From Candidatus Omnitrophota bacterium (GTDB taxonomy: Bacteria; Omnitrophota; Omnitrophia; Omnitrophales; Aquincolibacteriaceae): 64,000 nucleotides of DNA. A model generated the notes under the pieces. It saw nothing but the letters and a program-made list of their open reading frames with translations, made no database searches and was not told the origin of the DNA. The stretch is from assembly GCA_035352955.1 (NCBI GenBank), contig DAOPYQ010000001.1, positions 37,536 to 101,535 on the forward strand. Reading direction: 5' to 3'. Position numbers and translations under genes: made by a program. Positions 37,553 to 47,432 of this stretch are shown in pieces; positions within the stretch are counted from its first letter, which is position 1, and every line of letters starts with the position of its first letter.

Positions 37553-39052
37553 TTAAAAGGTTTGTTTGAATTTAACGACCGCCTGTTTCAGGGTTTCTTT
37601 CAGGACGTCAGTGAAAACTTTCTTTTCGGCGATCTCGTGGAAGACCTCGTCGTAGTTCTCTTCGAGAAATGTCCAGATCCCGGCCTCAAACGCCCCGACC
37701 CGGTCGAGCGGAACGTCGTCGAGAAATCCCTCATTGCCGAGGAAAATGCTCACGATCTCTTTTTCAAGCGGGAGCGGCTGGAGGTCCTTTTGTTTCAGGA
37801 GCTCGACCATGCGCTCGCCGCGCGTGAGCTGGTCTTTCGTGGCCTTATCAAGATCGGTTGAAAGTTGCGCGAAGGCCTGCATTTCCCGGTACTGCGCGAG
37901 CGCCATGCGGAGCATGCCGGTGACCTGCTTCATGGCCTTGGTCTGGGCATTGCCGCCGACGCGCGAAACGGAAAGGCCGACGTTGATGGCCGGCCGGACG
38001 CCGGAATAAAAAAGGTCGGTCTCCAGATAGATCTGGCCGTCGGTAATGGAAATGACGTTGGTCGGGATGTAGGCGGAAATATCGCCGAGTTGCGTTTCGA
38101 TCACGGGGAGCGCCGTGAGCGTTCCGCCGCCGAGGTCATCGCGAAGTTTAGCGGCGCGTTCGAGCAAACGGGAGTGAAGATAGAACACATCGCCCGGATA
38201 CGCTTCTCGTCCCGGCGGTCGCTGGAGGAGGAGCGAGAGCTGGCGATAGGCGACCGCGTGTTTCGAAAGATCGTCGTACATCACCAGCGCGTGTTTGCCG
38301 GTGAACATGTCTTCTTCGCCGATGGCCGCGCCCGCATAAGGGGCAAGGTATTGGAGCGGCGCGGGGTCTTCGGAAGACGCGCAGACGATCGTGGTGTATT
38401 CCATCGCGTGGTACCGTTCGAGGGTCTCTTTGAGAGCGACAACGCTCGAGAGTTTTTGTCCGATCGCGACATAGATGCAATGGACGCCTGTGTGTTTCTG
38501 GTTCAGGATCGTGTCGATCAGGATCGCGGTTTTTCCGGTCTGGCGGTCGCCGATGATGAGCTCGCGCTGGCCGCGGCCGATCGGGATCATGGAGTCAATG
38601 GCTTTGACGCCGGTCTGGAGCGGTTCTTTGACGGGCTGGCGTTGAACTACCGAGGGCGGGATCGTTTCGATCGGGCGCATCTTTTGCGACACGATCGGTC
38701 CCTTGTCATCCAGCGGCTCGCCGAGCGGATTGACTACACGGCCGCGGAGCGCATCGCCGGCCGGGACCTGGGCGATCTTGCCGGTGCGTTTGACCTGGTC
38801 GCCTTCCTTGATATTCTCGTCATCGCCGAAGATCACGACACCGACATGATGCGGCTCGAGGTTGAGCACCAGGCCCGCGGTCCCGTCGCGGAACGTGACG
38901 ATCTCGCCGGCCATGGCCTCGTCGAGGCCGTAGACGCGCGCGATGCCGTCGCCGACCTGGAGTACATAGCCGACGGATTGCATCTCGATCTTGGTCTGGT
39001 ATTTCCGGATCTCTTTTTCGATCGCTTGCGTGACTTCTTCGGGTTTAAGCAT
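37553..39052 (-). CDS. atpA: F0F1 ATP synthase alpha subunit.
   Basis: …[19 protein letters not shown]…. 499 aa. Confidence 0.95.
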   Translation of the reverse strand: MLKPEEVTQAIEKEIRKYQTKIEMQSVGYVLQVGDGIARVYGLDEAMAGEIVTFRDGTAGLVLNLEPHHVGVVIFGDDENIKEGDQVKRTGKIAQVPAGDALRGRVVNPLGEPLDDKGPIVSQKMRPIETIPPSVVQRQPVKEPLQTGVKAIDSMIPIGRGQRELIIGDRQTGKTAILIDTILNQKHTGVHCIYVAIGQKLSSVVALKETLERYHAMEYTTIVCASSEDPAPLQYLAPYAGAAIGEEDMFTGKHALVMYDDLSKHAVAYRQLSLLLQRPPGREAYPGDVFYLHSRLLERAAKLRDDLGGGTLTALPVIETQLGDISAYIPTNVISITDGQIYLETDLFYSGVRPAINVGLSVSRVGGNAQTKAMKQVTGMLRMALAQYREMQAFAQLSTDLDKATKDQLTRGERMVELLKQKDLQPLPLEKEIVSIFLGNEGFLDDVPLDRVGAFEAGIWTFLEENYDEVFHEIAEKKVFTDVLKETLKQAVVKFKQTF

Positions 39053-39609
39053 CAGGCGTGTCCTTCTTCGGTAGGATTGAAAAGTTTTTGCTGAATCTCA
39101 TGAATACGGTTCTTGAAACTGCAGTCGATTTCCTTGCCGTCGAAGCGGAGCACGAAGCCGCCGAGCAGGTCGGTTTCGGTTTTCGGGATCAGACGGATCT
39201 CGGAGCGGAATTTCTTTTTCAGGAAGCCGGTTAGTTTTTCGCGGAAATTTTCGGAAAAAGGGACGGCGGAAGCGACCTCGACTTCGCGAAGACCCTGTTT
39301 TTTTTCAAACTTTTTATGAAAGATCTCGCGGATCTCCGGCAGAAGCCCGAAACGTTTTTTCTCGATCAGCGCCCGGAAGAACCGGTTCAAAAGCTCCGGC
39401 GCGCCGGCAGGGATGAGGCTCTCGGCGAGGCGGAGTTTTTCTTCATCCGGTAAAGTCGGGTTCGCGACGAGAAGGGGGATCTGCGGGTAGGTCTTTGTGA
39501 GCGCCTCGGCCTGCGTCAGGGCCTTTTCGATCTCGGGGAGTTTTTGTTCCTCTTCAGCGAGTTCAAACAGGGCGCGTGTGTAGCGGCCCGCGGCGGTCGT
39601 GTCTCTCAT
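39052..39609 (-). CDS. atpH: F0F1 ATP synthase delta subunit.
   Basis: OSCP-like. Operon position between atpF and atpA. Confidence 0.8.
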   Translation of the reverse strand: MRDTTAAGRYTRALFELAEEEQKLPEIEKALTQAEALTKTYPQIPLLVANPTLPDEEKLRLAESLIPAGAPELLNRFFRALIEKKRFGLLPEIREIFHKKFEKKQGLREVEVASAVPFSENFREKLTGFLKKKFRSEIRLIPKTETDLLGGFVLRFDGKEIDCSFKNRIHEIQQKLFNPTEEGHA

Positions 39610-40106
39610 AGCTGTTTCTCAAGGTCCCCGAGGATCTCGAGGGCCTTTTTTTCTTGCCGGGGCGCGTCCATTTTTTCGCTTACGATCTTTTCCGCGATCC
39701 GGATCGAAAGGTCGGCGATCTCGCGGCGGAGTGTGATGCGCGCTTTTTCGACTTCGAGGTCGATGTTCGCCTTGGCCTTGTCGAAAGAAGTTTGAGATTC
39801 CAGCCGCGCCTTTTCCTGGATCTCACGGGCGATCCGCCGGCCTTCCTGGACCGCTTCCTGCATCCGGGCGTGTGCCTCATCCTCGATCTTTGCGAGGTGC
39901 GTCTGGTAATGCTTTTTCATGTCCTCGAGGTCTTTCTGGGTCTTTTCGATCCCGCCCCATTCGCTTTCGAACTTTTCGCGCCGGGACTTGATAATGTGGA
40001 CCAGCGGTCCCCAGGCGAACTTCCGGAGCGTGAAAAAGACGATCAGGAACGCGGCGGCCTGGACGAGGACCTCGATCAGGCTGATGTTTTCTTTGAAGAA
40101 ATCCAT
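39606..40106 (-). CDS. atpF: F0F1 ATP synthase subunit b.
   Basis: N-terminal TM plus a long charged coiled coil. Operon position. Confidence 0.8.
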   Translation of the reverse strand: MDFFKENISLIEVLVQAAAFLIVFFTLRKFAWGPLVHIIKSRREKFESEWGGIEKTQKDLEDMKKHYQTHLAKIEDEAHARMQEAVQEGRRIAREIQEKARLESQTSFDKAKANIDLEVEKARITLRREIADLSIRIAEKIVSEKMDAPRQEKKALEILGDLEKQL

Positions 40107-40118
40107 GGGCCCTTCTTT

Positions 40119-40349
40119 TTAGATCTTGCCCATGAGCACAAAGCCGAAGATGAGCACATAAAGCGTTAAAGCCTCGATGAGCGCGCAGCCGGCCATCATG
40201 TTGACCAGGATCTTCTGGGAAGCTTCGGGTTGACGGCCGGTGGCGTCCATCGCCGCGGCAACGGCTTTTCCGAGACCGAGCGCCGAGCCGAAGGCCGTAA
40301 CGGCCAGCCCGAGCGGCAGTGCAAAACCTAAAGCAACGTGTGAGTCCAT
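40119..40349 (-). CDS. atpE: F0F1 ATP synthase subunit c.
   Basis: MDSHVALGFALPLGLAVTAFGSALGLGKAVAAAMDATGRQPEA… hairpin proteolipid. RBS AAGGAGA upstream of the internal Met. Confidence 0.85.
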   Translation of the reverse strand: MDSHVALGFALPLGLAVTAFGSALGLGKAVAAAMDATGRQPEASQKILVNMMAGCALIEALTLYVLIFGFVLMGKI

Positions 40350-40371
40350 TTCATTCTCCTTCTGGGTTGTG

Positions 40372-41211
40372 TTAGTGAGCTTCTCGGCCGCGAGGAACGT
40401 CTTCGTGCTCCCCATGCGGCATGATAAGCGAAATGTAGACGGTTGATAACAATAAAAAGACGAAGGCCTGCACCAAGCTGAAGATGACGACGAGAACGTT
40501 CGCGAAGATCTGGAAAAAGAACGGCACGAAATAATACAGAGCGTTCAGCTCCGCGAACTTGAAGATCAGTTTGTCTTCGCTCGAGACGTTGGCGAAAAGA
40601 CGGAGCGAGAGGCTCAAAGGGACCGCGAGGAATTCAATACTTAGATTGATGACGAGCATGATCGGGATCAGGCAGAGGCCGAGGATGCCCACGGGGTTTC
40701 CCGCCATATGTTTAAGGTAATGAAGAAAACCCTGCTCTTTGATTCCGACCCACTGGATATAGACCATGGTGATCAGGGCCAGCGCGATGGTGGTGCTCCA
40801 CGCGCTGGTCGGAGATTTCATGAGCGGGATCATGCCGAGCCAGTTCTGGAGCAATATGTAAAGGAAGACCGTGCCGAGGAAGGGGACATGCTCCGCGCCT
40901 TTGGGGCCGAGGATGCCGGTGACGAAGCCGGTGATCGCTTCGACGAACATCTCCCAGATATTCTGGACTCCTTTGGGGAGGAAGTTTTTTTTCTGTGCAG
41001 CCCGGAGCGCGGTATAAGCGATCAGACTGAGGACTAAAAATGAAAACACCAGATTTTGCCAATGGGCCAGGAATTGGACGACGGAGGATTTTGGGAAGAA
41101 ATGCTCCAGAACCGTGATGAAATTCGGGAGCTCTTCCGCAGCCTGTTCCGCACCGTGGTCTGCGGCGGCGTGAACGGTTTGTGCTGCTTCATTAATAGAA
41201 GAAACATTCAT
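40372..41211 (-). CDS. atpB: F0F1 ATP synthase subunit a.
   Basis: Multi-TM with a conserved Arg-containing C-terminal helix region. Start at the internal Met MNVSS…, overlapping the atpZ stop (ATGA). Confidence 0.8.
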   Translation of the reverse strand: MNVSSINEAAQTVHAAADHGAEQAAEELPNFITVLEHFFPKSSVVQFLAHWQNLVFSFLVLSLIAYTALRAAQKKNFLPKGVQNIWEMFVEAITGFVTGILGPKGAEHVPFLGTVFLYILLQNWLGMIPLMKSPTSAWSTTIALALITMVYIQWVGIKEQGFLHYLKHMAGNPVGILGLCLIPIMLVINLSIEFLAVPLSLSLRLFANVSSEDKLIFKFAELNALYYFVPFFFQIFANVLVVIFSLVQAFVFLLLSTVYISLIMPHGEHEDVPRGREAH

Positions 41212-41441
41212 AAATTCTTTTTTTCTGCCCGGTAGAGCTGTTTCAGGATGCGGACCGTCTGGAGCGTCGAGCCTGCCAATCCCAATAAAGTCAATATTAA
41301 CGTAAGGCCGGTGTCGAAATGCCACTGCTGGATCAGCCAACGGCTGATCAAATACCCGGCCAACGGGCCACTCAGGAGGACCATCGGCAGGGTTAGTGCC
41401 AGACCCAGCATCCAGAACAGTCGGCGAAGATCTTCCTGCAT
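41208..41441 (-). CDS. AtpZ/AtpI-like small membrane protein of the ATP synthase operon.
   Basis: 77 aa, two TM helices, immediately upstream of and overlapping atpB. Confidence 0.5.
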   Translation of the reverse strand: MQEDLRRLFWMLGLALTLPMVLLSGPLAGYLISRWLIQQWHFDTGLTLILTLLGLAGSTLQTVRILKQLYRAEKKNL

Positions 41442-41686
41442 AGGACTCCGAGGGGCGGTAAGTTCAACCGCAGGCGGTTCGATAAGTCATGTGTGGCAAC
41501 CGTATTATCTTGCAAATCTCAATTCATTGTCAAGGTAAGAACGGGAAGCGGCTATGACATGGCCGTTTTCAAGCGATCGAATTTTTTCCGTTTTTCGACT
41601 TTGTGTCCCCGGAGGGAATATTTTTCCGTTAGATTTTTTAAAACACTGTCGATAATGTAGCAGGCATCCACAGAAAAGGAATCGGT

Positions 41687-42454
41687 ATGATCAAAGGTCT
41701 TTTTCAGCTCGTTTTTGGAGTCGTCCGGCTGGCGTTCTTTCTCGTCATCTTCCTGATCATTTTTCACGCCTGGGCGATCAAGCAAGCCATTAAGTTTTCG
41801 CTCAGTTATCAGCTCGCGGCCGATGTTGCTATCCAGGAGGTCAAGATGGACTGGAAGAACAGCGGTTTTGAAGTGCGCGGCCTTGAGATCGGCAATCCTT
41901 ACAGCTTTCCCAAGGGGGTGTTGGCGGACATTCCTTTGACGATTGTTTCGCTGGATGTTCCGAGCCTTATGCAGGGGCGGGGGCTTCGCCTCAAAACACT
42001 CGGCTTTAATATCAAGGAGTTGCAAGTCATGAACGTTCCCCAGAAAGGGCTTAGCCTTCTTGCCTTGAAACCTTTGCAAGGAGATAACGAAGAAAGCGAG
42101 GCGGGTTCCTCCGCGAAGGCGGCGGTAAAACAACAGATGCAAAAATTTTCGCCGAGGCTTGTGATCGATGAGCTTATTTTTTCTTTGGGGGAGATCACCT
42201 ACATTAGTATGAACGGTCCCACGATGCAGCAGAATCGTTTCCGCGCGGGGATTCGCGGAGCCACCTATTATAATATTCGCGGGACGGAAGATATTGCGGT
42301 GATCGTGGTGGGGGAAGCGCTTAAAAAAATGGGTTTTGGTTATCTCGAAGCGCAGCTTCAAAATCTTCAAGGACGCTCTTTTGTTTCGAAAGGTCAGAGC
42401 AATAATTTTTTGAATAAAGCGTTTTCTGCCTTAAAAAGCGTGGTTTCCGAGTAG
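41687..42454 (+). CDS. Hypothetical membrane-anchored protein.
   Basis: N-terminal TM helix. No recognisable motifs. Confidence 0.4.
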   Translation: MIKGLFQLVFGVVRLAFFLVIFLIIFHAWAIKQAIKFSLSYQLAADVAIQEVKMDWKNSGFEVRGLEIGNPYSFPKGVLADIPLTIVSLDVPSLMQGRGLRLKTLGFNIKELQVMNVPQKGLSLLALKPLQGDNEESEAGSSAKAAVKQQMQKFSPRLVIDELIFSLGEITYISMNGPTMQQNRFRAGIRGATYYNIRGTEDIAVIVVGEALKKMGFGYLEAQLQNLQGRSFVSKGQSNNFLNKAFSALKSVVSE

Positions 42455-42545
42455 TTTGCAAGTCGTTATAAATAAAAGAGTTGTGTCACGGCGTAATTAT
42501 TTTCTGAATCCAACGATTTTATTTCCGAAAAAAATTTAAAAAAAC

Positions 42546-42573
42546 TTGACAGGTTCTAAAATTCTCATAGAAT
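42546..42573 (+). promoter_or_regulatory. Sigma70-like promoter (TTGACA-16-TAGAAT) upstream of tRNA-Thr/tuf.
   Basis: cTTGACAggttctaaaattctcaTAGAATacagcc preceded by an A/T-rich UP-like tract. Confidence 0.55.
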
Positions 42574-42709
42574 ACAGCCTCTTTCTTTAGAGGAGAGGAC
42601 TGTCTCTGTCATCGTCGTTATTTTTTGTCCTTGAGTCGGACCGCAACACCGCTCGAAATTTTCTCAAAAAGAAAACGAAGTTTTTTTGCTAATAGCCTTC
42701 AGCGATTAC

Positions 42710-42782
42710 GCTGGAGTAGCTCAGACGGTAGAGCACATCCTTGGTAAGGATGAGGTCACGGGTTCGATTCCCGTCTCCAGCT
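42710..42782 (+). tRNA. tRNA-Thr (anticodon GGT).
   Basis: Cloverleaf: acceptor GCTGGAG/CTCCAGC, anticodon loop TTGGTAA, T-loop GGTTCGATTCC. Confidence 0.9.
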
Positions 42783-42828
42783 GGATGTGTTAAAAACGTA
42801 CAACTTTCAATAATGAGGGAGAGCCAAA

Positions 42829-44028
42829 ATGGCAAAAGAGCAATTCAAACGTACTAAGCCCCATGTGAACGTCGGAACCATCGGTCATGTCGACCACGGC
42901 AAAACTACGCTGACTTGCGCCATGACCAAGGTTTTGGCTGCGAAGGGGATGGCAACGGTTCGTGAGTATTCCGATATCGCCAAGGGCGGTACGGTTCGTG
43001 ACGATTCCAAGATCGTAACGATCGCCGTTTCCCATGTGGAATACGAATCTGAAAAACGCCATTACGCTCACGTTGACTGCCCGGGACACGCGGACTACAT
43101 CAAAAACATGATCACGGGTGCCGCGCAGATGGACGGTGCTATTCTGGTCGTTTCCGCTGTGGATGGACCGATGCCCCAGACCCGCGAGCACATCCTGCTT
43201 GCCCGTCAGGTTGGCGTTCCCGCGATCGTGGTTTTCCTCAATAAGTGCGACCTTGTTGAAGACGCGGAACTCCTTGATCTTGTCGAGATGGAAGTCCGTG
43301 ACCTTCTTAAAAAATATGATTTCCCTGGCGACAAGATCGCGGTAATTCGCGGTTCCAGCTTGCCTGCGGCGACCAACCCTACGGATCCTAAAGCCACTGA
43401 GTGCATTATGAATCTCGTGAAAGCTCTGGATGATACGATCCCTGAGCCGAAGCGTGATATTGACAAACCCTTTTTGATGCCGATCGAGGACGTTTTTTCC
43501 ATCTCCGGTCGTGGTACGGTGGGAACCGGTCGTATTGAGCGCGGGGTCATCAAAGTGAACGATGAAGCCGAGATCATCGGGTTGCGTGAAGGTTCCATGA
43601 AAACCGTTGTGACGGGCGTGGAAATGTTCCGCAAGCTGCTCGATGAAGGTCGCGCGGGTGATAACGTCGGTCTTCTGCTCCGCGGCGTTGAAAAAGACCA
43701 GCTCGAAAGAGGAATGGTTATTGCGAAACCGGGTTCCGTGACTCCGCATAAAAAGTTTAAAGCTCAGATTTACGTGCTAAGCAAGGAAGAGGGCGGGCGT
43801 CACACCCCGTTCTTTAAAGGGTATCGGCCTCAGTTTTATTTCCGCACTACCGATGTTACGGGGATTGTCACGTTGCCTGCCGGCGTTGAGATGGTAATGC
43901 CGGGCGATAACGTCGCGATTGAAGCGGAGCTGATCATGCCGGTGGCAATGGAAAAAGAGCTTCGTTTTGCTATCCGTGAGGGTGGTAAGACAGTGGGCGC
44001 CGGCGTCGTTAGCGAGATCATCGCGTAA
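42829..44028 (+). CDS. tuf: Elongation factor Tu.
   Basis: [28 protein letters not shown]…. Confidence 0.97.
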   Translation: MAKEQFKRTKPHVNVGTIGHVDHGKTTLTCAMTKVLAAKGMATVREYSDIAKGGTVRDDSKIVTIAVSHVEYESEKRHYAHVDCPGHADYIKNMITGAAQMDGAILVVSAVDGPMPQTREHILLARQVGVPAIVVFLNKCDLVEDAELLDLVEMEVRDLLKKYDFPGDKIAVIRGSSLPAATNPTDPKATECIMNLVKALDDTIPEPKRDIDKPFLMPIEDVFSISGRGTVGTGRIERGVIKVNDEAEIIGLREGSMKTVVTGVEMFRKLLDEGRAGDNVGLLLRGVEKDQLERGMVIAKPGSVTPHKKFKAQIYVLSKEEGGRHTPFFKGYRPQFYFRTTDVTGIVTLPAGVEMVMPGDNVAIEAELIMPVAMEKELRFAIREGGKTVGAGVVSEIIA

Positions 44029-44186
44029 CATCTCGTTCGGTAACAAATCTGAAGAATTTTCTGGCGAAGCCTATCGGCTGTGAGGCGTTTATTTTCGCCG
44101 TAAGAAGCCTTACGAGCCAAAATTAAGAATTTTGAAACGTTGTCTTTTTGTTTTTTTCTTAAGACCAACATAAAGGTTTTATCTCA

Positions 44187-44336
44187 ATGCACGAGATTAT
44201 TTCCTTAGTGTCAACTTGTGATTGCAAGTCGACCTACTGGACGCGGAAAAACAAGAAAAAGAATCCGGACAAGATTGAAAGACAGAAATATTGTCCGGGT
44301 TGCCGCAAGCGGGTTCTTTTCCGGGAGAAGAAGTAA
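44187..44336 (+). CDS. rpmG: 50S ribosomal protein L33 (not in the ORF track; <60 aa).
   Basis: Translates MHEIISLVSTCDCKSTYWTRKNKKKNPDKIERQKYCPGCRKRVLFREKK with the C-x-C…C-x-x-C zinc ribbon. Conserved position between tuf and tRNA-Trp. Confidence 0.8.
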   Translation: MHEIISLVSTCDCKSTYWTRKNKKKNPDKIERQKYCPGCRKRVLFREKK

Positions 44337-44407
44337 CCCGGATTTGGATCTTCCGGAGAGGGTCCGGAGGATGTTTTCCAAAAGGCAGGAACAGCGGGGT
44401 TTTATAA

Positions 44408-44481
44408 AGGCCTGTAGCTCCAATTGGTAGAGCGGCGGTCTCCAAAACCGCATGTTGCAGGTTCGAGTCCTGCCAGGCCTG
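44408..44481 (+). tRNA. tRNA-Trp (anticodon CCA).
   Basis: Acceptor AGGCCTG/CAGGCCT, anticodon loop CTCCAAA, T-loop GGTTCGAGTCC. Confidence 0.9.
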
Positions 44482-44515
44482 CGATTCTAAAACGCAAAGA
44501 AGCGAGACGAGGATC

Positions 44516-44701
44516 ATGGTTCAAAAAGTAGCCAATTATTTTCAAGAAACTACGCAAGAGCTCAAGAAGGTCACCTGGCCAACAGGGAACGAAGTGTGGC
44601 AGGCGACCGTTGTGGTTATTGTTGCTACTTTTATTGCGACGGCGTTTATTGCGTTGTGTGATTTTTGTATTTCAACCGTGCTTCGGATGTTGATTTCCTA
44701 A
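44516..44701 (+). CDS. secE: Preprotein translocase subunit SecE.
   Basis: 61 aa, …ELKKVTWPTGNEV… plus a single TM. Confidence 0.85.
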   Translation: MVQKVANYFQETTQELKKVTWPTGNEVWQATVVVIVATFIATAFIALCDFCISTVLRMLIS

Positions 44702-44705
44702 GGTT

Positions 44706-45239
44706 ATGGCCGAAGCTAAGTGGTACGTTGTCCATACGCAGACTGGGGTTGAGGTCAAGGCCCGCGCGAGCTTGATCAGTCACGCGGAGATTGCCGGGCT
44801 GTCGCACTTGATCCATGAAGTTTTGATTCCGATGGAAAAAGTCAGCGAAGTTAAGGCTGGCAAAAAGAGGATCAGTGAGCGGAAATTCTTCCCGGGATAC
44901 ATTCTGGTGAAGATGGAATTGACGGACGATAGCTGGTATGTGGTCCGGAATACCCCGGGGATATCCGGGTTCATCGGTTCGGGAAAGAATCCGATCCCGC
45001 TAACGGATAAAGAGGTCAGTGAGATCATCCGTGAGCAGGAAGAAAAACAGACCAAGCCCAAACCGAAAGTGGAATTTACTGAAGGCGAGAGCGTGCGTGT
45101 TAAAGAGGGTGCGTTCGCGAACTTCAACGGAACGATCGAGCAGATCAACCCGGATCGCGGCAAAATGCGCGTGATGGTGACGATCTTCGGGCGTCCGACA
45201 CCTGTGGAACTTGAATATTGGCAAGTAGAGAAGATCTAA
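44706..45239 (+). CDS. nusG: Transcription termination/antitermination factor NusG.
   Basis: [19 protein letters not shown]… KOW C-terminus. Confidence 0.9.
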   Translation: MAEAKWYVVHTQTGVEVKARASLISHAEIAGLSHLIHEVLIPMEKVSEVKAGKKRISERKFFPGYILVKMELTDDSWYVVRNTPGISGFIGSGKNPIPLTDKEVSEIIREQEEKQTKPKPKVEFTEGESVRVKEGAFANFNGTIEQINPDRGKMRVMVTIFGRPTPVELEYWQVEKI

Positions 45240-45240
45240 C

Positions 45241-45672
45241 ATGGCAAAAGAGATCGTTACAAAAATCAAATTGCAGATTCCTGGCGGGCAGGCCAATCCG
45301 GCTCCCCCGATCGGTCCCGCGCTCGGTCAACATGGCGTCAATATCATGGAGTTCTGCAAGCAGTTCAACGAGCGCACCAAAGACCGTCCGGGGACCATCC
45401 TTCCCGTCGTTCTGACGGTTTACAAGGACAAGTCATTTTCTTTTATTCTGAAAACACCGCCTGTTGCCGCGCAGATCAAAAAAGCCGTCGGGTTAGCGAA
45501 AGCTTCTTCCGAGCCGGGCCGCCAAATTATCGGCAAGATCACCCGCGAGCAGGTGCTTGAGATCGCCAGAGCCAAGATGGTGGATCTCAATACGACCAAG
45601 ATCGAAAGTGCCGCCCGCATTGTGGAAGGCGCCGCGCGCAGTATGGGCATTGAAGTAGTTAAATCCAAGTAA
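45241..45672 (+). CDS. rplK: 50S ribosomal protein L11.
   Basis: [40 protein letters not shown]…. Confidence 0.95.
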   Translation: MAKEIVTKIKLQIPGGQANPAPPIGPALGQHGVNIMEFCKQFNERTKDRPGTILPVVLTVYKDKSFSFILKTPPVAAQIKKAVGLAKASSEPGRQIIGKITREQVLEIARAKMVDLNTTKIESAARIVEGAARSMGIEVVKSK

Positions 45673-45684
45673 CCAGGGACGACC

Positions 45685-46371
45685 ATGAAACGCAGCAAAC
45701 GTTACCAAAAAAGATCGAGTTTGACGCAGGAAGGGAAAGTTTATTCCCTGGCCGAAGCCGTGAAGGTTCTCAAAAAGATTGAAAAAGGTAAATACGACGA
45801 ATCGGTCGCGTTGAGCTTTCAGTTGGGCGTTCGCGCCGAGCAAGGCGATGAGAACGTTCGCGGCGTCGTGACGCTCCCCCACGGGAGCGGCAAAAGCGTT
45901 CGCGTGCTTTGCTTTGCGAAGGGTGAAAGCGCGCGCGATGCGGAGGCAGCCGGGGCGGATTTTGTGGGTGCTGAGGAGCTTGTCGAAAAAGTAAAAAATG
46001 GTTTTCTTGATTTTGATGTGGTAGTTGCGCATCCGGATATGATGCGCGAGGTCAGTAAACTCGGGCGCGTGCTGGGACCGAAAGGCCTTATGCCGACGCC
46101 GAAGACCGGGACGGTCACCCCGCAAACCGGACGTGCGGTGAAAGAAGTGAAAGGCGGTCGCATCGAATTTAAAAGCGACAAGACCGCGGGGCTTCATGCG
46201 ATCTGCGGCAAGCTGTCTTTTACGGAAGAGGCCCTTTTGGAGAATGCCAGAACAGTGATCAAGGCCGTGAAGGATTCCAAGCCCGCTACAAGTAAGGGGG
46301 AATACCTGAGGTCGATCACGATCGCGGCGACACAGGGCCCCGGTCTCAAGCTGAATACAGGAGCGTTGTAA
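45685..46371 (+). CDS. rplA: 50S ribosomal protein L1.
   Basis: Sequence and operon position. Confidence 0.95.
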   Translation: MKRSKRYQKRSSLTQEGKVYSLAEAVKVLKKIEKGKYDESVALSFQLGVRAEQGDENVRGVVTLPHGSGKSVRVLCFAKGESARDAEAAGADFVGAEELVEKVKNGFLDFDVVVAHPDMMREVSKLGRVLGPKGLMPTPKTGTVTPQTGRAVKEVKGGRIEFKSDKTAGLHAICGKLSFTEEALLENARTVIKAVKDSKPATSKGEYLRSITIAATQGPGLKLNTGAL

Positions 46372-46375
46372 AATC

Positions 46376-46909
46376 ATGCCTTCTTTTGAAAAAGAGCTGA
46401 TGTTCCAGGAGATCATCAAAGAGTTCGAGAAAAGTCCGTATGCTTTCATCTCGAATCTTCAGGGGATCTCGGTCCTTGATATTTCGGACGCCCGTCGCGG
46501 GCTCGAAAAAGTTTCTCGTCGTTCGCTGATGGTCAAACACGCGATGGCGCGCAAGATCTTTGCGAAGTTCAACGTTGCTGGGGCCGAGAAGTACCTCAAC
46601 GGTTCCGTCGTGATCACCTTCGGGGACAAAGACCCGCAGGAGATCTCCAAACGGCTTGTTGATTTTGCCAAAACAAATCAGAAGTGGAAGCCCGCCGGAG
46701 TGATTTTTGAGGGTCAGGTTCACGGCGAGGATTTCATCAAACAGCTTGCGAAACTGCCGTCGCGCAAAGAGCTTTTGACGCAGCTGGTGCTGCGCATGAA
46801 CTCGCCGATCCACGGTTTTGTGAACGTCCTCGGAGCGTTGACCCGTAATCTTGTGGTCGCCCTCGAAGAGGTCCGTAAGAAGAAAGCAGCGGCTGGCGCT
46901 GCGTCGTAA
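46376..46909 (+). CDS. rplJ: 50S ribosomal protein L10.
   Basis: Operon position. 177 aa. Confidence 0.9.
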   Translation: MPSFEKELMFQEIIKEFEKSPYAFISNLQGISVLDISDARRGLEKVSRRSLMVKHAMARKIFAKFNVAGAEKYLNGSVVITFGDKDPQEISKRLVDFAKTNQKWKPAGVIFEGQVHGEDFIKQLAKLPSRKELLTQLVLRMNSPIHGFVNVLGALTRNLVVALEEVRKKKAAAGAAS

Positions 46910-46965
46910 GAAGCCAGACAAAAGTCCTGATAAGGGATAAAAATTCAATCAAGGAGGCATAGGCC

Positions 46966-47376
46966 ATGACAGAAGCAACTGAAGTTAAGATTTCCGAGAA
47001 GCTCCAGGCGATCCTTACATCGATCGAAACATTGACGGTGTTGGAACTGGCGGAGCTCGTTAAGGCGCTTGAAGAGAAATTTGGTGTCAGCGCAGCGGCA
47101 GCAGCCCCGGTCGCGATGGCGGCGGTGGGCGGTGCAGCGGCGGGTGCCGCTCCGGCTGAAGAGAAGACCAGTTTCACGGTCATTCTCACCAGCGCCGGCG
47201 ATAAAAAGATCAACGTGATCAAAGAAATCCGCACGGTCACGACCCTCGGCTTGAAAGAAGCCAAGGACCTCGTCGAAGGCGCGCCTAAGACGATCAAGGA
47301 AGATGTGAATAAGGAAGAAGCTGAGAAGATCAAGAAGGTGTTGGAAGCCCAGGGCGCAAAGGTCGAGATTAAGTAA
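46966..47376 (+). CDS. rplL: 50S ribosomal protein L7/L12.
   Basis: Ala-rich hinge plus …[16 protein letters not shown]…. Confidence 0.95.
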   Translation: MTEATEVKISEKLQAILTSIETLTVLELAELVKALEEKFGVSAAAAAPVAMAAVGGAAAGAAPAEEKTSFTVILTSAGDKKINVIKEIRTVTTLGLKEAKDLVEGAPKTIKEDVNKEEAEKIKKVLEAQGAKVEIK

Positions 47377-47432
47377 GGTCCCGAACGCTGAAGGGTTCTA
47401 AGGAACGCTGTCCTTAAGGAGGACAACTCATA

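Noticed and set aside
44337..44407. Intrinsic terminator between rpmG and tRNA-Trp (CCGGAgagggTCCGG followed by gatgtttt).
   Set aside because: The stem is only 5 bp with a short, interrupted T-tract. It is too weak to call confidently and may simply be a processing-site structure.
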